DNA of 64,000 nt. It comes from the human T2T-CHM13v2.0 reference genome, Homo sapiens. Positions 40,894-55,839 of this stretch are shown piece by piece. Each line of letters begins with the position of its first letter. Position 1 is the stretch's first letter. The position numbers were made by a program, and so were the translations under genes. Below the pieces are notes generated by a model. The model searched no databases and was not told the origin of the DNA. It worked only from the letters and a program-made list of their open reading frames with translations. The stretch is from the NCBI RefSeq assembly GCF_009914755.1, contig NC_060931.1; one strand, written 5' to 3'.

Positions 40894-41466
40894 TGTGAAA
40901 ACAAATAAACCTAAAAGCTGTTGGAACCCCCCCCCCAAAACACTTCAAGCTTTGAGAGAAATGTGACTGTGATCTGAGTCACATATGGTTACAATTTATG
41001 TTTCTCAGATTATAGATAACTCATTTTCTTCTTTTTCTTGCTCTGTACATTGACTAAAGGGAAACCATGTCAGGGTCAAAAGCCTCCCGCCCTCTGAATT
41101 AATGACCCTTGTTGTAGATTAACTCCCCCTTCATTGCCCTGCTTCGCTTAGACCAGGTGAAAGAAAACCCAGGACTATTACACCCTCTGTTAAGAAAATG
41201 TTAAATATCCCCTCCCCAAAAAGAAACATCACCTAGAGCCAATCAAATTGCTATAACATACACACCAACCTTGTATGAATAATGTTGTAATCCTGCTAAA
41301 AACTCCACTGTCTCAGCCCACATAAATGAAGCCTTCACTTCCTACTTCGGAAAACTGACTCCATTTCTTCGGAGTTGGTGTTTCTGGGTGGCCTACCTCA
41401 CACTTTGTACTTATTTAAATGCTCTTTAAATCATATTCTGACCCCTTTCATTATTTTAGGTTGGCA
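40894..41466 (+). mobile_element. Complete ERV1 solo LTR (MER34/MER39-like)
   Basis: TG...CA termini (TGTGAAAAC...TTTAGGTTGGCA); perfect 4-bp TSD AGTC at 40890-40893 and 41467-41470; internal CCAAT. Confidence 0.85.
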
Positions 41467-42329
41467 AGTCAATCTGCTGAGGTTTGAATGCTAGGTCCGA
41501 CTGCAGAAAATCTTGAGAAAGCCCCAGTCTCCTGAGCCACAGTCCACTCATCTGCAAAATGGACAGGAGGGCAGCACGGAGCCTGGGGCAGGGGTGGGAA
41601 GGCTGCACAGATGAAACACCATGTGCTTACTTAAAACAATGCTGCCACACAACAAGCACCTGCTAAGTGCTGGTTATCACATTGCCACCATCATCTGGAG
41701 AAATAAAATAAGGTTGGAAAGTTTTAAAAAAATACTCAAACATAAGATGTTTCAAAAAAAAAAAAGGACTTAAAAAAACCCCATATGCTAGCAAGAAGGC
41801 TCTTATGTCTGTTTATATTTCAATCGTTGGCTTGACTTCCAATCTGAAAATTCCGATTCTTCAGGACCCATCTAACACCAACCCCACCCAAAATGAGTGC
41901 CCCATTAGAAAATACTGGAATATTGTGGGGATGGGAAAAGGAAGGGGCCAAGTAACTCTGCCCAGCCACAACAGAACAAAACACATACATAAGAAAGACA
42001 TGCTGGATGCTGACTGATTTGCATTTTGTAAGGAGCTGCTGCAACCTACACACAACCACAAGGGCAGGACCGTCCGCAGAGAATGGCAGAATGGAAGGTG
42101 GAGCAAATGAGAGGGTGTGTAGAGCCTCTGAACAACTCAGGCCCGGGGCCTCCAACAGGAGGACTCCTAACCATGCCAGATAATGAACTTCCTCCAAGTC
42201 TGCACTACTTGAATTGGGTTTCCTATCACTGAGGGCCAAAGACGTTCTAATCAATATGCGGTTTAGTAAGTACTCTGTGGGGCATTGCAAGTACAGACAG
42301 ACAAGAAAACCCTTCAACAGAGGGTGGAA

Positions 42330-42665
42330 TGGCGTTGCGTGGGGTTGGGAGGAGGGGAAATTAGGTATTTGTCAAAAAGTACAAAGTTTCAGTTATGCAA
42401 ATCAGTGAGTCCTAGAGGGCTGCTGTGCCACAGAGGTCCTGCAGTTAACACTACTCTACTGTGTACTTAGAAATCTGCTAAGGGGTAGACCTTATGACAC
42501 ACAATAATAATAATAATAATAACCAGACAGCAGGAGGAAACTTTTAGAGGCTTATGGCATAAATTGTGGAGGTGGTTTCATAGGTGCATGCTTATCTCCA
42601 AACTCATCAAGCTGTATACATTAATTATGTTCAGCTTGTTGTATGTCAAAAAAAATTAAATACAA
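42330..42665 (+). mobile_element. L1MA/MB 3'UTR fragment
   Basis: GTCAAAAAGTACAAAGTTTCAGTTATGCAA...CAAACTCATCAAGCTGTATACATTAA. Confidence 0.75.
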
Positions 42666-44161
42666 AAGAATGAATTTTAAGAAAAAGAATATCCTTCATA
42701 TTTTTAATATGTTCCTTAAACTTCCATCAGACAACTAAATGAAAACTCATACAAATAATGTGTTTCTCACCTGCTAACCTGTTCAGGTGTGCACACCTGC
42801 AGGGGTGACAGATGATGCTTTAATCGGGGAGAGGACCCTGCCACCCCAGAGACACCCTGCTAATGCCAATTCCAATCATCTCTGCTCAGCCTCCAGAGAG
42901 CCCAGGCATCCCTGTCCAGAGGCTACTGTGCTGTGTCAGGTGCTGTAAAGTCTCTTCACTTCCCAGATCCACCCACCCATCCATCCATGTCCAACCCCAG
43001 GCTCCTTGCAGACAAAGACCCAAAAGACAGAGTAAAAACTTCAGACTACATACAGCCTCAAACACAGCATGGCTACAGGGTGAACACCAAACCCTGGCAT
43101 CATTATCATTAGTAAAGCTGACTGACAAAGAGCTATTTTAGTGTTCTGAGCCCTCTTCAGCAATAATAACGCAGAGTTGCTAAAAACCAAAGAAGAAAGC
43201 AAAGGAAAGGTCAGTGTTCAAGGTTAGCGACAAGATAGCCTCACTGAAAAGTTTAATACCATCCTGCATTTCCTTCTGAAGACCTAATTATATTAATTTT
43301 ATTTGTGCCCAAAGCTTTGCAAACAACTTGAGCTATATATAAGTCACTAAGTATCCAGTGGATAGTAACGGTTTTTTAGTCTGCTCCCTCATCATCAGAG
43401 GGAGCCTCTGATGGCTTCAATGGGAGCCTGAGCCATCCATCAAAACAAGAACCATACACACAACTGAATTCAGATAAACAGGGTGGAGTTTAAAAAGGTA
43501 CTGATTCTAGTGGTGACAATCATCACTAAATAAATCCACTTCCACTCTTGGCAGCTTCTCTGAATACATCACTAGGTCATGCTGACACTCAGAAAGGGAC
43601 CAGAGACTCCTAATTAGGATGCCTACCCTTCCCATCTTATGGAGGAAGGTGAGCACTGCCCATTAGCAAGCCCCTGAGAGCAGCCGCTGACCGTGCCATT
43701 GGGCCGACCAACAGGCCACCACAGTGGAAGGACTCTAATGCCTGGCTCAGCTGACCAGGGCCCAGATGTCGTGATTTTGAAGTCCAGCTCCTTTTCTGCC
43801 AGGAAGTGATAAAAGCATCAATTGTATCAAGTAACCTGTGATCTCAATTTGTCCAAGGCTCTCATTATGAGAGAAAGCCTTCTCCCTATCTGCGATTTAA
43901 CTTCTCATGCAATTCAGAAAGTCAGAGATGAATCTCAGCTTCCACTGGGGTGACTAGCTATTAATAAAACCAATACATATTTTTCCTGAGTCATTCCACC
44001 AAGAACTCAAAGCATAAAACAGACCTACAACCTATGTTAATGACTCCATCCCAACCCAGGGCACATGCAGTGGAACCGGCAAGTTCTCATTCACTCCACT
44101 GCCCATGTCAGCCCCACAGAAGAACCTCAGAACGTGGCAATGGAGTATAAAAACCTTTACT

Positions 44162-44501
<340 letters not shown>

Positions 44502-44525
44502 TTAAGCAACATTTTTTTTCAACCT

Positions 44526-45008
44526 TGTGGCAAGCAAAGTAATGCCACCTCCTGCCCACAAAGATGTCATCGTCCTAATCCACAGAACTGGGAATGTCAC
44601 CTTAGGTGGCAAAAGGGGCTTTGCAGACGTGATTAAGTTAAGGATCTTACAATGAGGAGATTATGCTGGGTAATTCAGGTGGGCCCAATGTAATCTCAAG
44701 GGTCTTTACAGTGACAGAGAGAGAGAAGCATGAGAGAAATTAGAAGACACAGAATCGCTGGCTTTGAAGGGGAGGAAGGGACCACCAGCCAAGAAACACA
44801 GGCAGTCCCTAGATGCTGGGACAGGCCAGGAAATGAATCCTCCCTGGAGCCTCCAGAAGAAACATGGTCCTGCTGACATTCTTGAATTGAGCCCACTGAG
44901 AGCCATTTAGGACTTCTGACCTCCAGAGAGGGAAGATAATAAATCTGGATCGGTTTAAGCCACCAAGTTTGTAGTCACTTGTTATAGCAACAACAGGTAA
45001 TGAACACA
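44526..45008 (+). mobile_element. MaLR LTR (MLT1C/D-like)
   Basis: TGTGG start; GGCAAAAGGGGCTTTGCAGACGTGATTAAGTTAAGGATCTT; GGACTTCTGACCTCCAGA...AATAAA...TTTAAGCCACCAAGTTTGT...ACA end. Confidence 0.88.
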
Positions 45009-45718
45009 GAGGTCACAGCAAGTTCTTCTCTAGTAGGCCAGTAGCCTCACTCTCCCTTCTCTGCACCTGTCCCATACCCTCACCTCACTCCCATGTCAAC
45101 CTCTACTTTTTTACCAAATGCCTTGTTCATTTTCCAATCCATCAACCATCTTCTAATTTTACACACTCAAGAAATGACCCTAACATAGCCATCATAACAA
45201 TAATTCCCCAAAATCCTCTCACTCATGATGCACTGCCATCCCGCGTCAATCCCCAGTCTGGCAGCCACCTTTCTACCTCCCTGCTTCCATGCTGCTTAGG
45301 GGGCCAGTCAGGGCAGCTGGCTGTATCCAAGACTGCCCGAAATGCTCACTCTGCACCCCGACCATGGATGCTCTGAGATGCACATGCACAGCTTCCCAGG
45401 ACCCTCACCACAACCGCTGTGCGACCTTCACCATGACCTGGAGGCCCAGGTCCTTCCCAGCTTATCTCTGTGGCTTACTTCAACGCAAAGTTCCTGACAT
45501 CCCACCCAGGTCACCAACCTTTCCCCACTGAACTTCAACTCTATGTGCACCTTCCCTCTTGATGACCTCCTTCCTCATCTCCTTCCTCACATCCCCACTC
45601 CCCTTCCAAAGCCTAACCTCTACACCCAAGCTCCCAAGCCCATCCCCCTCACTGTGCCAAACCCTTCTGGAACAAACAGGTCCTCTAGGAGCTTAAGGTC
45701 TAAAGAATTTACAGACCA

Positions 45719-46008
45719 GGCCGGGCACGGTGGCTCATACCTGTAGTCCCAGCTCTCTGGGAGGCCAAGGCGGGCAGATCACAAGGTTAGGAGTTCAAGA
45801 CCAGCCTAGCCAATATGGTGAAACCCCGTCTCTACTAAAAATACAAAAATTAAGTGGGCGTGCTGGTGGGCACCTTATGTCCAGCTACTCAGGAGGCCAA
45901 GGCAGGAGAGGGGGAGGCGGAGGTTGCAGTGAGCCAAGATCATGCCACTGCACTCCAGCCTGGGTGACAGAGCAAAACTCTGTCTGGAAAAAAAAAAAAA
46001 AAAAGAAG
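45719..46008 (+). mobile_element. AluS (Sg-like)
   Basis: Dimer with small right-arm deletions; TSD AAGAATT(T/C)ACAGAC. Confidence 0.93.
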
Positions 46009-46289
46009 AAGAATTCACAGACTGCTCCCCTCTTCCAAAAAAAAAAAAAAAACAAACAAGCAATTACAGTATCTGAGCTCAGAGCACGTGGGAGTAGCTT
46101 GCCTAGGGAGTAGCTTGCCCAAGTCGGGGACTTAACTCATACCCAAGTGGACAATGAGAGTAGCCTTCCATGACACCACCTGAGGGTCTTCAAGTATGGT
46201 GGGAGTTGAAACGGCAGTCAAAGGAATGGGAAAACAGGAAGTGAAAGTATGGTGCCTTCAGGACCCACAGTAGTCGGTTCAGTCTGCTG

Positions 46290-46432
46290 TACTGGATGAA
46301 GACTTCTGATCCTCATCTGTGCATCAGAAGCAATGTGCATCTGTTAAAAAATAAAGATGACTAGGCTCCAGGTGCAGGTAATTGTTCGAAACTCCCTACC
46401 TCATTCTAATGTACAGCCAACGCTGAGAATGG
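46290..46432. mobile_element. MER5-like hAT-Charlie MITE remnant
   Basis: GTGCATCAGAA...GTTAAAAAATAAAGATG...ATTCTAATGTACAGCCAACGCTGAGAA. Confidence 0.5.
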
Positions 46433-46740
46433 CAAGGAGGTCTCTGTAGATACTGAAAGCTTTCCAAGGGCGCTCCTCCATACTGCTAAAGGACTCGAAT
46501 TCCAAACCTTCAACCTCCATGGGTCTGCTTTCCTAAAGCTGACTGCCTGAGACACAGGCCCTGGTCCGGATGCTGGTCAAGTGACAGTGCTAATTCCCCG
46601 TTTACAGTCACCCTTCTCTCCCTTTACAAAGAAAGGCACACCTCCCTCCCATTTCTAGTCTTACTGGGATGTGCTGGTCCAGAACTAAAAAACTCTCTCA
46701 AGTACCAATCTAAGGCCACTGAAAATACTGGTAGTGACAC

Positions 46741-47135
46741 TGTTAAAGAGAAATTGTTCTGACACTTGTCAAAAATGGTAAGGCTTTATTCAAGACTATT
46801 GCAATAGGGGTCAATCTATCACAACAGCAAGACAGACTGACCTCAACTCCAAATACAACCAAAATCAGTGTGAATTCACAGCCAAGGAGCAGAGTGAGGG
46901 GGTCAACGGATACAAAATTGCTAAGAGGAGAGGCATGATGGGTAGAAGTAAGGAGGAATTCTTGCTGAAGACAGCCTAAGGTGATCAGATATTAAGCGTG
47001 AGGGGATGACTTGGCAGGACTCTTGCTGAAACTGAGCTCCACTGAGGACAGACACAGAGGGCAAGGTGGAGGCCTAGTGAGAAGAGGGCTCAGAGGATCC
47101 CAACCAAAGTTTGGTCAAGGGGAGAGTTTTTGTCA
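46741..47135 (-). mobile_element. ERV1 solo LTR (MER31-like)
   Basis: Minus strand starts TGACAAAAACTCTCCCCTTGACCAAACTT and ends TTTAACA; flanks ACAC/ACGC (4-bp TSD with CpG decay). Confidence 0.8.
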
Positions 47136-47770
47136 ACGCACGCCTTGCATCTCAACTGGTTTCAAATTCTTTGCTTTCAATTAAATTGAAAGATGACCTA
47201 ATTGTAGATTACTATGCGGTCTGGGCACATCACTCGGAAGTTCAACATGAAACTTTTTCCATTTCCATCAGTTATACATGCCCTAACTTGAAATATCCTC
47301 GTCCATCTCACTCAGAAATTTATTTCCAGTAAATTTTACTGTTTATGTTTAATAATATTCAATTGGTAATACATGTATAGTGTCAATCAAATGTGCAATA
47401 AAAATGATAAATCAATTAGTCTTTTTAAATTTTTTGGAGGTATATCTGAGGAAATGTTTTAAAAATTAATTTCGATACAGATTTTGTTACAAAAAACGAC
47501 AGATCAAAACTAGATTTTCAAGCATAAATATATATTATTAGAAGAAAATTCTATAAAGTAGAAATTCAAAAAAGGAATGCTATATTTGCAACCATTAGAG
47601 AAGATTATTTGCGTTTTTTAAAAAAATCAGTATCAAATTGCTAATGGTATTTAGATTCCACTGAATACATTAAAAGAGTGATATTATAGTTGAATTTTTA
47701 ACAATGTTTACAATACATGAGAAATCAAATCTATTGTAACCATTTAAAATCTATGATAAACAAGATCACA

Positions 47771-48120
47771 CAGGTTGAGTATCCTTTACCTGAGATGCTT
47801 GGGACCAGAAGTGTTTTTGGATTTTGCATCTCTTTGGATTTTGGAACATTTGCATATACACAGTGAAGTATCTTGGGGATGGGACCCAAGTCTAAAGATG
47901 AAATTCATTTATGTTCATATATATCTTACACATATAGCCTGAAGGTAATTTTATACAATATTTTTAATAATTGTGTGCACAAAACAATGTTTTGGCTGTG
48001 ATCTGTCACACAAGGTCAGGTGTGAAATTTTCCACCTGTAACATCACACTGGCACTCAAAAAGTTTCAGATTTTGCAACACTTAGGATTTTTGATTTTCA
48101 GATTAGGGTTGCTTAACCTG
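47771..48120. mobile_element. Tigger4/MER46-like TcMar DNA transposon, probably nested in an older AT-rich hAT-like remnant (~47150-48215)
   Basis: Terminal inverted repeats CAGGTTGAGTATCC ... GGTTGCTTAACCTG, flanked by CA/TA. Confidence 0.85.
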
Positions 48121-48512
48121 TATGTTCCACTTAAAATTATGTGAGAGGGTATATAGCTTTTGAAAATTCCCTAAAAGAGTATAAGAGCCAAAATTTTGAC
48201 AACCTTTGAGCTAGAGAAAGCTGCTCAATTTGGGAGGAAAGAAATGAGAAGGAAAGAAAGGAGAATTCCTGAAGAAATTCTAAGGAGGAAAAACAGTGTT
48301 TGGAATTTATCTTGAGGGCAGCAGAGAAGAACAGAGGTTGCAGAGATTTAATCTAAGGGAACCCCACGTTGTTTTACACAGCTGCCCTTAGGCTATAGGA
48401 ACCTGGCTTCACAGCTTCACTCACCGCAGGCCTGGCTGCTTTTCTCTCCAACTAAAGGGAAGGAGGGGGAACTAGGAACTAGGAGCTTCTTCAATAATAA
48501 TCTCATCAACAC

Positions 48513-48526
48513 ACTCTTTCTCTCTG

Positions 48527-48558
<32 letters not shown>

Positions 48559-48592
48559 ACTTGCTTGCTCTCTCTCACTCTCCTCTTCTCCC
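48513..48592. repeat. (CT)n-rich compound microsatellite
   Basis: CT/CTGT repeats forming a pyrimidine tract. Confidence 0.9.
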
Positions 48593-49709
48593 CACTCCCC
48601 ATAAGGGTTTAGGATCTGTCCCCACCCTCTCCATAATGCCATGTTTTGGCCCTTGATGACACTCAGATCACAAAACACCAAGAGAATGAGGCCAACTAAA
48701 GAGCTAAAGAGTTTCACTCATCTTTCCTCTCAGTATTAAAAGTCAAGCTGTCACCTGAGTAGCTGCTCAACCATCCTAGCAAAAGAGATGGCTATGGACC
48801 CTTTTTTTGTCTTACCTAGGGCAGAAATTAAGAGCCAACTATGATCACAATCACAATCTTGCTTTCCCTTGCTATGGACGCTTATGACAAAGTTTCTTCT
48901 TAATCTAGTCACAGATAATAACAAGCAAGCCCACTTTTTAATCGACAGGATAAGGAAACCCTCCCTCCTGTCCGCAGGTGTGCAGCCACCTGGGCACAGG
49001 AAACTTGCTTGGGAATGACTGACAATATAAATACTCTGTTAATCCACCCTGGGCCACAAGTTCCAGACCAAGTAGGGAATCTTCCAAAGGGCCTCCAGCA
49101 ACACTGAGGGATTTCTCTTTACAGGTGTATGTCAGTGGGAGCTTAGGTTTACTCAAAGACTCCCAGGCAACTCCGAAGGAGTTGAGATTCTGTAATACAT
49201 GGTCATGGCACCATCCAAATGTGACTCCTAACGACCACCAGATATGCCCTATGCTTGAAGCAAGCAATTGATCGATTTCAAACCTAATTTACCGGATAAT
49301 ATCTCTTTGTTCTGGTCTGAGGACATTGTTCTCTTGTTGACAGTTTTGAAGTATATAGCTGTACTTCCTGAAATTTTATATATATATGTATTAGTCACTG
49401 CCTCCCTGTCTTCATTGACCATTTGATTCTTTAACCCTGACAAGGGAAGGTCACTGTTTGCCAATTATCGAATCCGATGGCCTTCTGCAAGGCCTCTTCT
49501 CTACTGTTCTACGGTATCTGAATGCAGATCACCTTCGCGTTTAGACACCCTCCTCCCGCATTCTAGACTCTCATTTGTTGGATCTCTTTTCACCAAGGAC
49601 AGATCATCAAACACTTCAAAACCAGCATTTAAAATTAAACTCTGACTTTTTAAAATTAAGGATATCCTTACTCTCCAAGTCAAAATCTCAGTCATCCAAC
49701 TCCACCCAG

Positions 49710-50080
49710 AATCTCTGTAATTGACTCTGCTCTATTCAACATGTTTGTTAATCAGTTGGATAAAACCAACAGGAGTATAATCAAATCGGTCCATGGTACA
49801 AAACAATATGGGACACTGGATTTTAAAAAATAGTGTTCAGACATATGTTGATAGGCTTAAGTAGATGAGATGAATGATTAATGTGAAATTGGAAACAATG
49901 TAAAGTCCTCAATTTAGGTTTTTAAAAAATAATAAACAGCTCTACAACTATTGTGAGGTGTGGTGGATTAGCAGCAGCACATGTTAAAAAGATTTCGGTC
50001 TCACTGCAAACTCAGGGTGAATCTCCTGGCTGCAGGGGTGGAGGTGGGAGGACGCACTAGTATAATTTTATCTGCTTAAT
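49710..50080 (+). mobile_element. L3/CR1 LINE remnant
   Basis: CTATTCAACATGTTTGTTAATCAGTTGGAT (LFNxFxNxLD-like) and AATGTAAAGTCCTCAATTTAGG (KCKVLHLG-like) CR1 reverse-transcriptase motifs. Confidence 0.65.
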
Positions 50081-50637
50081 GACAAGGGCCAAAGGTTTTG
50101 ATGCTGCCAGTCAGACCACACCCACAGAACAGAGCTTCCTATTGTTCAATAAGTGCCAGTGGGGAGGACCTGGAGGGGAACCAAAGGTTTCAGCACAAAC
50201 CACAAGAAACACTGGATTCACCCCAGCCCACTTAACACTGGCAGATCCAAAACCAATCTCCGATCCCAAGATCACAGGAGAGTGCAACCCAAATACCACA
50301 CACAGACAGCAAACAGGCCCTGCAGACCTCACAAAGGTGCAGCAGCTCATGAAGCCAATGAAAGTGACAAAAGATCTAGCAGTCAAGCCATTTAATATGA
50401 ACCAAAAGGTGGCCAAAGGAGAATGATATGAATAAAAAGGACAAAGAGAAGCTGGAGGTGGGGGTGGTGGGAGTTTCCAGACCAGCGCAACTAATTCTGG
50501 GGAAAAAACTTTCACTATGATCATGCCACTGAAGTCCAACATCAAGTGAAGACTGTCTTATGTGCATTATAGAATTTTGTCAGGAAAATTACACTGTCCC
50601 CCCAAAATGGACTCATCATTCTAAAATGAGTACTCAG

Positions 50638-50869
50638 AGCCTGACCAATATGGTGAAACCCCGTCTCTACTAAAGAAAAAAAAATACAAAAATTAGCTGG
50701 GCTGTGGTAGCGTGTACCTGTAATCCCAGCTACTCAGGAGGCTGAGGCAGGAGAATCACTTGAACCCAAAAGAAGAGGTTGCAGTGAGCCGAGATCATGC
50801 CACTGCACTCCAGCCTAGGCGACAGAGGGAGACCATATCTCTAAATAAATAAATAGATTTAAAATAAAA
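50638..50869 (+). mobile_element. 5'-truncated AluS
   Basis: Begins AGCCTGACCAATATGG; perfect 16-bp TSD TAAAATGAGTACTCAG at 50622-50637 and 50870-50885, showing truncation occurred at insertion. Confidence 0.94.
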
Positions 50870-51459
50870 TAAAATGAGTACTCAGGATGAAATTAACTTT
50901 TATGTTTACAATTTGATATTTGTTTTTCCAAAATAAAGTCCCAACCGAACTTTTTTTCCACTTTGACTAGGAAATGTTGATCCCTGATTCACATGGATTA
51001 ATGGCTAAGTGGCCTTTTTCTAGGACCAATTATTTTCAGATATTGAGGACATCCTCATCACCATCCAGTCCAAAATTTTCAAACTGCAGCTATGAGGATG
51101 GTGAGATGATTTAAAACCATGTTTTGAAACAACAGAAGGTGAGGCCTGGAAAAGAACACACACACAAAATGGGACCACACAGCTGTGTTAGAAGACTGAG
51201 GGCCTGTCATTGTGATATTTCTGAAAAGCCCACGAGTGCAGACCTAGGACCAGGCTGAAAATACTGTCATTTCCCCTCAATATTACAGAAAACTTTAACA
51301 ACTGAAGTTGCCCCAAAAGTTGATACTTTGTCTTAAGGCACAGTGGGTTTCCATCACTAGAGGTGCTCTGCTGCCCTCCAGCCCCTGATCAACTGCCTCT
51401 TCTTTTCCCACTGCCCATCTACTCAGCTCCTGCCCACAGGGCTCTTACCACTGACGGCT

Positions 51460-51730
51460 TTACTCATTCAAGTCTCCATCGAGTCCCTGCTCTGTGCCAG
51501 GCATGGTTCCAGCAACTAAGGATATGTCAATCAATAAATCAGAGCAAAACCTTTGCCCCTAAATTGCTTACATGGTAGAAAGTAAATTCTGTCATATTTT
51601 AAAGATAGTTATGGGAAAAGGAGGATATTGGTCAGAGTTAAGGTAGACTAGGGAAAGAACTGAGAAGAAATTTTAAATAGGGTGGTCAAGACAGACCTCA
51701 CTGAGAAGGTGAAATCTGAAAAGCTTCATC
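51460..51730 (-). mobile_element. L2 3'-end remnant
   Basis: ACTCATTCAA...CTCTGTGCCAGGCA...GGTGGTCAAGACAGACCTCACTGAGAAGGTGA. Confidence 0.6.
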
Positions 51731-52100
51731 AAGAGGACATGATAGAGTGAGTTCTAGGAAATGTCCTTGCCCTGCAGAGCTAATCAAGTGAGCACTAGCC
51801 TAATCCTATCCTTGCCATGTATTTCTAAGTCATTTACCCTCCGTTAGCCTTTATAGCTGTGCCCAAAGTAAAAGAAAGCAAAAACCAAGGAAAGCCCCAG
51901 GTCTGGGCCCAACGCCCACAGGCCTCCTCAGACACCTGGACCCAGGCTTTCCCCACTTCAGAGCAGAGCTCTTGCCAGCCGGTTCATTTATTGCTGCCAC
52001 TTCTCACCCATGACCACCTGGCCTCCCGTGGAGTTTCCAGAGACAGCAAACTCCCTGCAGGATTCTTTTTCATTCAAATTGCATGTTGCCTGGTTTCTAA

Positions 52101-52656
<556 letters not shown>

Positions 52657-53759
52657 TGACAACTGTTCCTTTTTCTAGTCCAAGAAGATCTGTTCTTTTG
52701 CCCAACAGCATTGAAGCACAAAGCAACGTGGCTTAAGCGTTTCCAGCTCTTGGTTCCTGGGAAAGATCAGAAAGATAATGAGTAGTCCCTTAACTAAAAT
52801 AAGTCTATCTCCTTGGAAGCAGAGGCACTGGTATTGGTGAGTTTTACACTAAATAGCATACTATACATTTCTGGGCTCACTTCAGTAAGAACAGAGCCCT
52901 TCAAACAAATACTAAGTAGATTTCAAAAGTGTAACCAACCAAACCTCTAGAAAGAGAATGCAGTGACAATATCTAGAAAACAATGCACACAACAAAAAGC
53001 CCCAGGGAGGTGCATATGCTTAGGGCCTCATTACTCTCGGGATTCAACTGAAGTGTAGTCAGTTTTAAAACCTTTTTTTTTCCTTTTAGTTTCTAAGGAG
53101 TTACTGTGTGAAGGCCACTGAGAATAACTTCAGCAGGGCTACTAGGAGACAGCTTAGTACTTTCACTCTTCCTGTAAGGATTGTTTGCAGGACCTCACTT
53201 CAGCCAGCTGGCGGAACAAAGGCATAGAACCTTAGCATTTTATGAACCAAAAAGGCCTCTGAGGTTCCCTACTCTTAGCCACCCTTAGAATCTGCCACAT
53301 TCGTGGCCTGGGTCCCTGGATCATAACCAGCTGGCACAGAGCAACAGGGGAGAGGGAGATAAAATCAGGGCCCTCACTGGCTGTGCATGTAATTCACAGG
53401 AAACTCTGAGTTAATAGAAAAGAAAGGTCAGTCCAGTAATGAGCTTCCAAGAAGCCTCTCTAGGAGAGGGATGGTGCTGTCAGCTGCTGCCGGTTCCTCC
53501 CTGAAGCCCTACCTGGGCTTCAGGAGGGGAACACAACCAGGGTTTCTCAGGAGAGTCCTGGTGATGCCCACTGTCCAGGCACAGCTCTTAACAACATCCT
53601 ATTTCACTCTTCAAAGTGCCACCGTTTGTAGGCTAAATCACATGGTCTTTCTAAGGAAGGGTGACTGAGTTTCTAAGGGGAATACACTTTCCAGGGCCAC
53701 CACTGCCCTCGCGATGTAGAGCATGCAAATTCCTAACATGTTCCTGTGTGCGCAGACGG

Positions 53760-53990
53760 CAGAGGAAGCAGAGCATCGAGGTGGGGTACACACTGGAACC
53801 AGACTGCCTGGGTTAGCATCTTAAGCCCTCACACTTAACAGCAGTGTTAAGTGTTCACTTCCCATTTGAAACAAAAATGAAGATAAAAGTAATTGCTAGC
53901 AGGATTAATGAGATAACGTGTAACATTTATAGAACAGTGCCTGGCAGTTACCCTGGAGCACTCTATGAATGTTTAGTAAGCAAACATAAA
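53760..53990 (+). mobile_element. MIR
   Basis: CCAGACTGCCTGGGTT...GGATTAATGAGATAACGTG...AGAACAGTGCCTGGCA. Confidence 0.7.
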
Positions 53991-54942
53991 TATGCAGTTC
54001 TATGTCTAACAGGTAAGTAAATTTCTACAAAGGGATGGTGAGGCAGGGGAGGAAAGCACTTCTCAAAACAGTCTTTGGATTGCCCTTCCTACTCAAGGAC
54101 CTCTCACTAACACAGAAACCCCTGCGCATGTGAGATTCTGGATGGTGCTAGATAGGGCCAGGGTGCTGGGGGTGGGAACAGAGTCACCACTGCCACAAGG
54201 CCACCCCTTAATTTCAGGTGGTTTATGATCAACCACGTGGCAAATTTATACACTGAAACCAGCTCAGGCAGAACAAAGGAACAAAGACAAATTTCCCAGG
54301 TTGCAGCCGGCAGTCAGAAGCCAGAAGCCACCAAATAGCTCCCTGGGTTGCTTTTATGCACTCAACCTGAAGAGAGCCATTTGCCATGGCACATGCTCCA
54401 CACCTACGACTGCACATCCATGTATGTGATTCAGGACTTCAGAAGCATCACAGGTATTCATCAGAGCACCCCACCGGAGATGAAAAAATCTCAAATATAA
54501 ATCTCATACATAAAATTTCATGTGATAAATGATGAAGAAATCTCCTTAACTCCTCAGAGAGACGCCTCTCCAGCACAAAGTGGTGGTACTTAGGATAATC
54601 ATCATGTCAAAGTGGGTGACATCACACTGTCCCCTCTGAAACAATCATCTAATATTTGACTGTGAAAGTATCATCTTAGGCATTTAGGTTTCAGTTTTAC
54701 ATCACACTTCTGCCTTTAAGGTCGTTTCAACTTTGCAGACATGATCTGAACTCCTATTAAGAGGATACATTCCTATGCAACGAAACAGCTATTTTGGAAA
54801 GAATGGAGTCACTGAGGCCGTCTAGGCTACATATAGGGCACAGAACCACTCAGACAGAAGGCTTGGGAGACATGGGTGGCACAAACTAGAATGAAAGAAA
54901 CGCTAAATAATTTCATCAAGTGCCGATTAAAAAAGATTGCAG

Positions 54943-55315
<373 letters not shown>

Positions 55316-55839
55316 TTACTGGTCTCTGATTCACTTCTTTGTTCTCTATGGTGAGTCACTCAGAGAATGTGATTCCTAAGGTTCTAAAATTCTGAATAAA
55401 TGGAAAGAATGCAAGCAGAGGCACTCCACAAAAACATTAAATACCAAGCTAGGGGGATATTTCCGAACAGAAACAGGAAGTCTCGGCTATGGCAGAGCCT
55501 GGAGCAAGGAGAAATTTGTCCACCAGCCTTCCTTTCAGGAAACACTTTTCCTCCAACATTTTGTAATAATTACTTTTTAATAAAGGGCGAAGACAAACTA
55601 GTAATTTCCAGCACCAATCACTAACTATTAAGGAAGATAGTTTCACAACTTCCTAAAACAGAGGCATGGGATTCATTACCTATTTCTTTTGACTTCATTA
55701 ATTTAACGCAAATTTCCTTCAGAATAATGAAACTAAGGAGAAAGTTGAACAAGCCCTGATTCAGACTGGACACCCCAGAATTCCTCTAGTTCGCATTTTA
55801 AGGAACCTGCTTTAGTGAGAAGTATGTGGCCCCATCCGA

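Noticed and set aside
46090-46119. GGGAGTAGCTTGCC repeated twice with 16-bp period
   Set aside because: Ordinary short tandem duplication with no sign of function.
48930-49500. Unique-looking stretch with long open frames (possible processed pseudogene)
   Set aside because: Translations resemble no protein I recognise and no poly(A)/TSD is evident; a BLASTX search would settle it.
50079-50545. 115-aa (+) and 144-aa (-) ORFs, the latter hydrophobic
   Set aside because: No homology recognised; reflects local A/C strand skew; no promoter or splice support.
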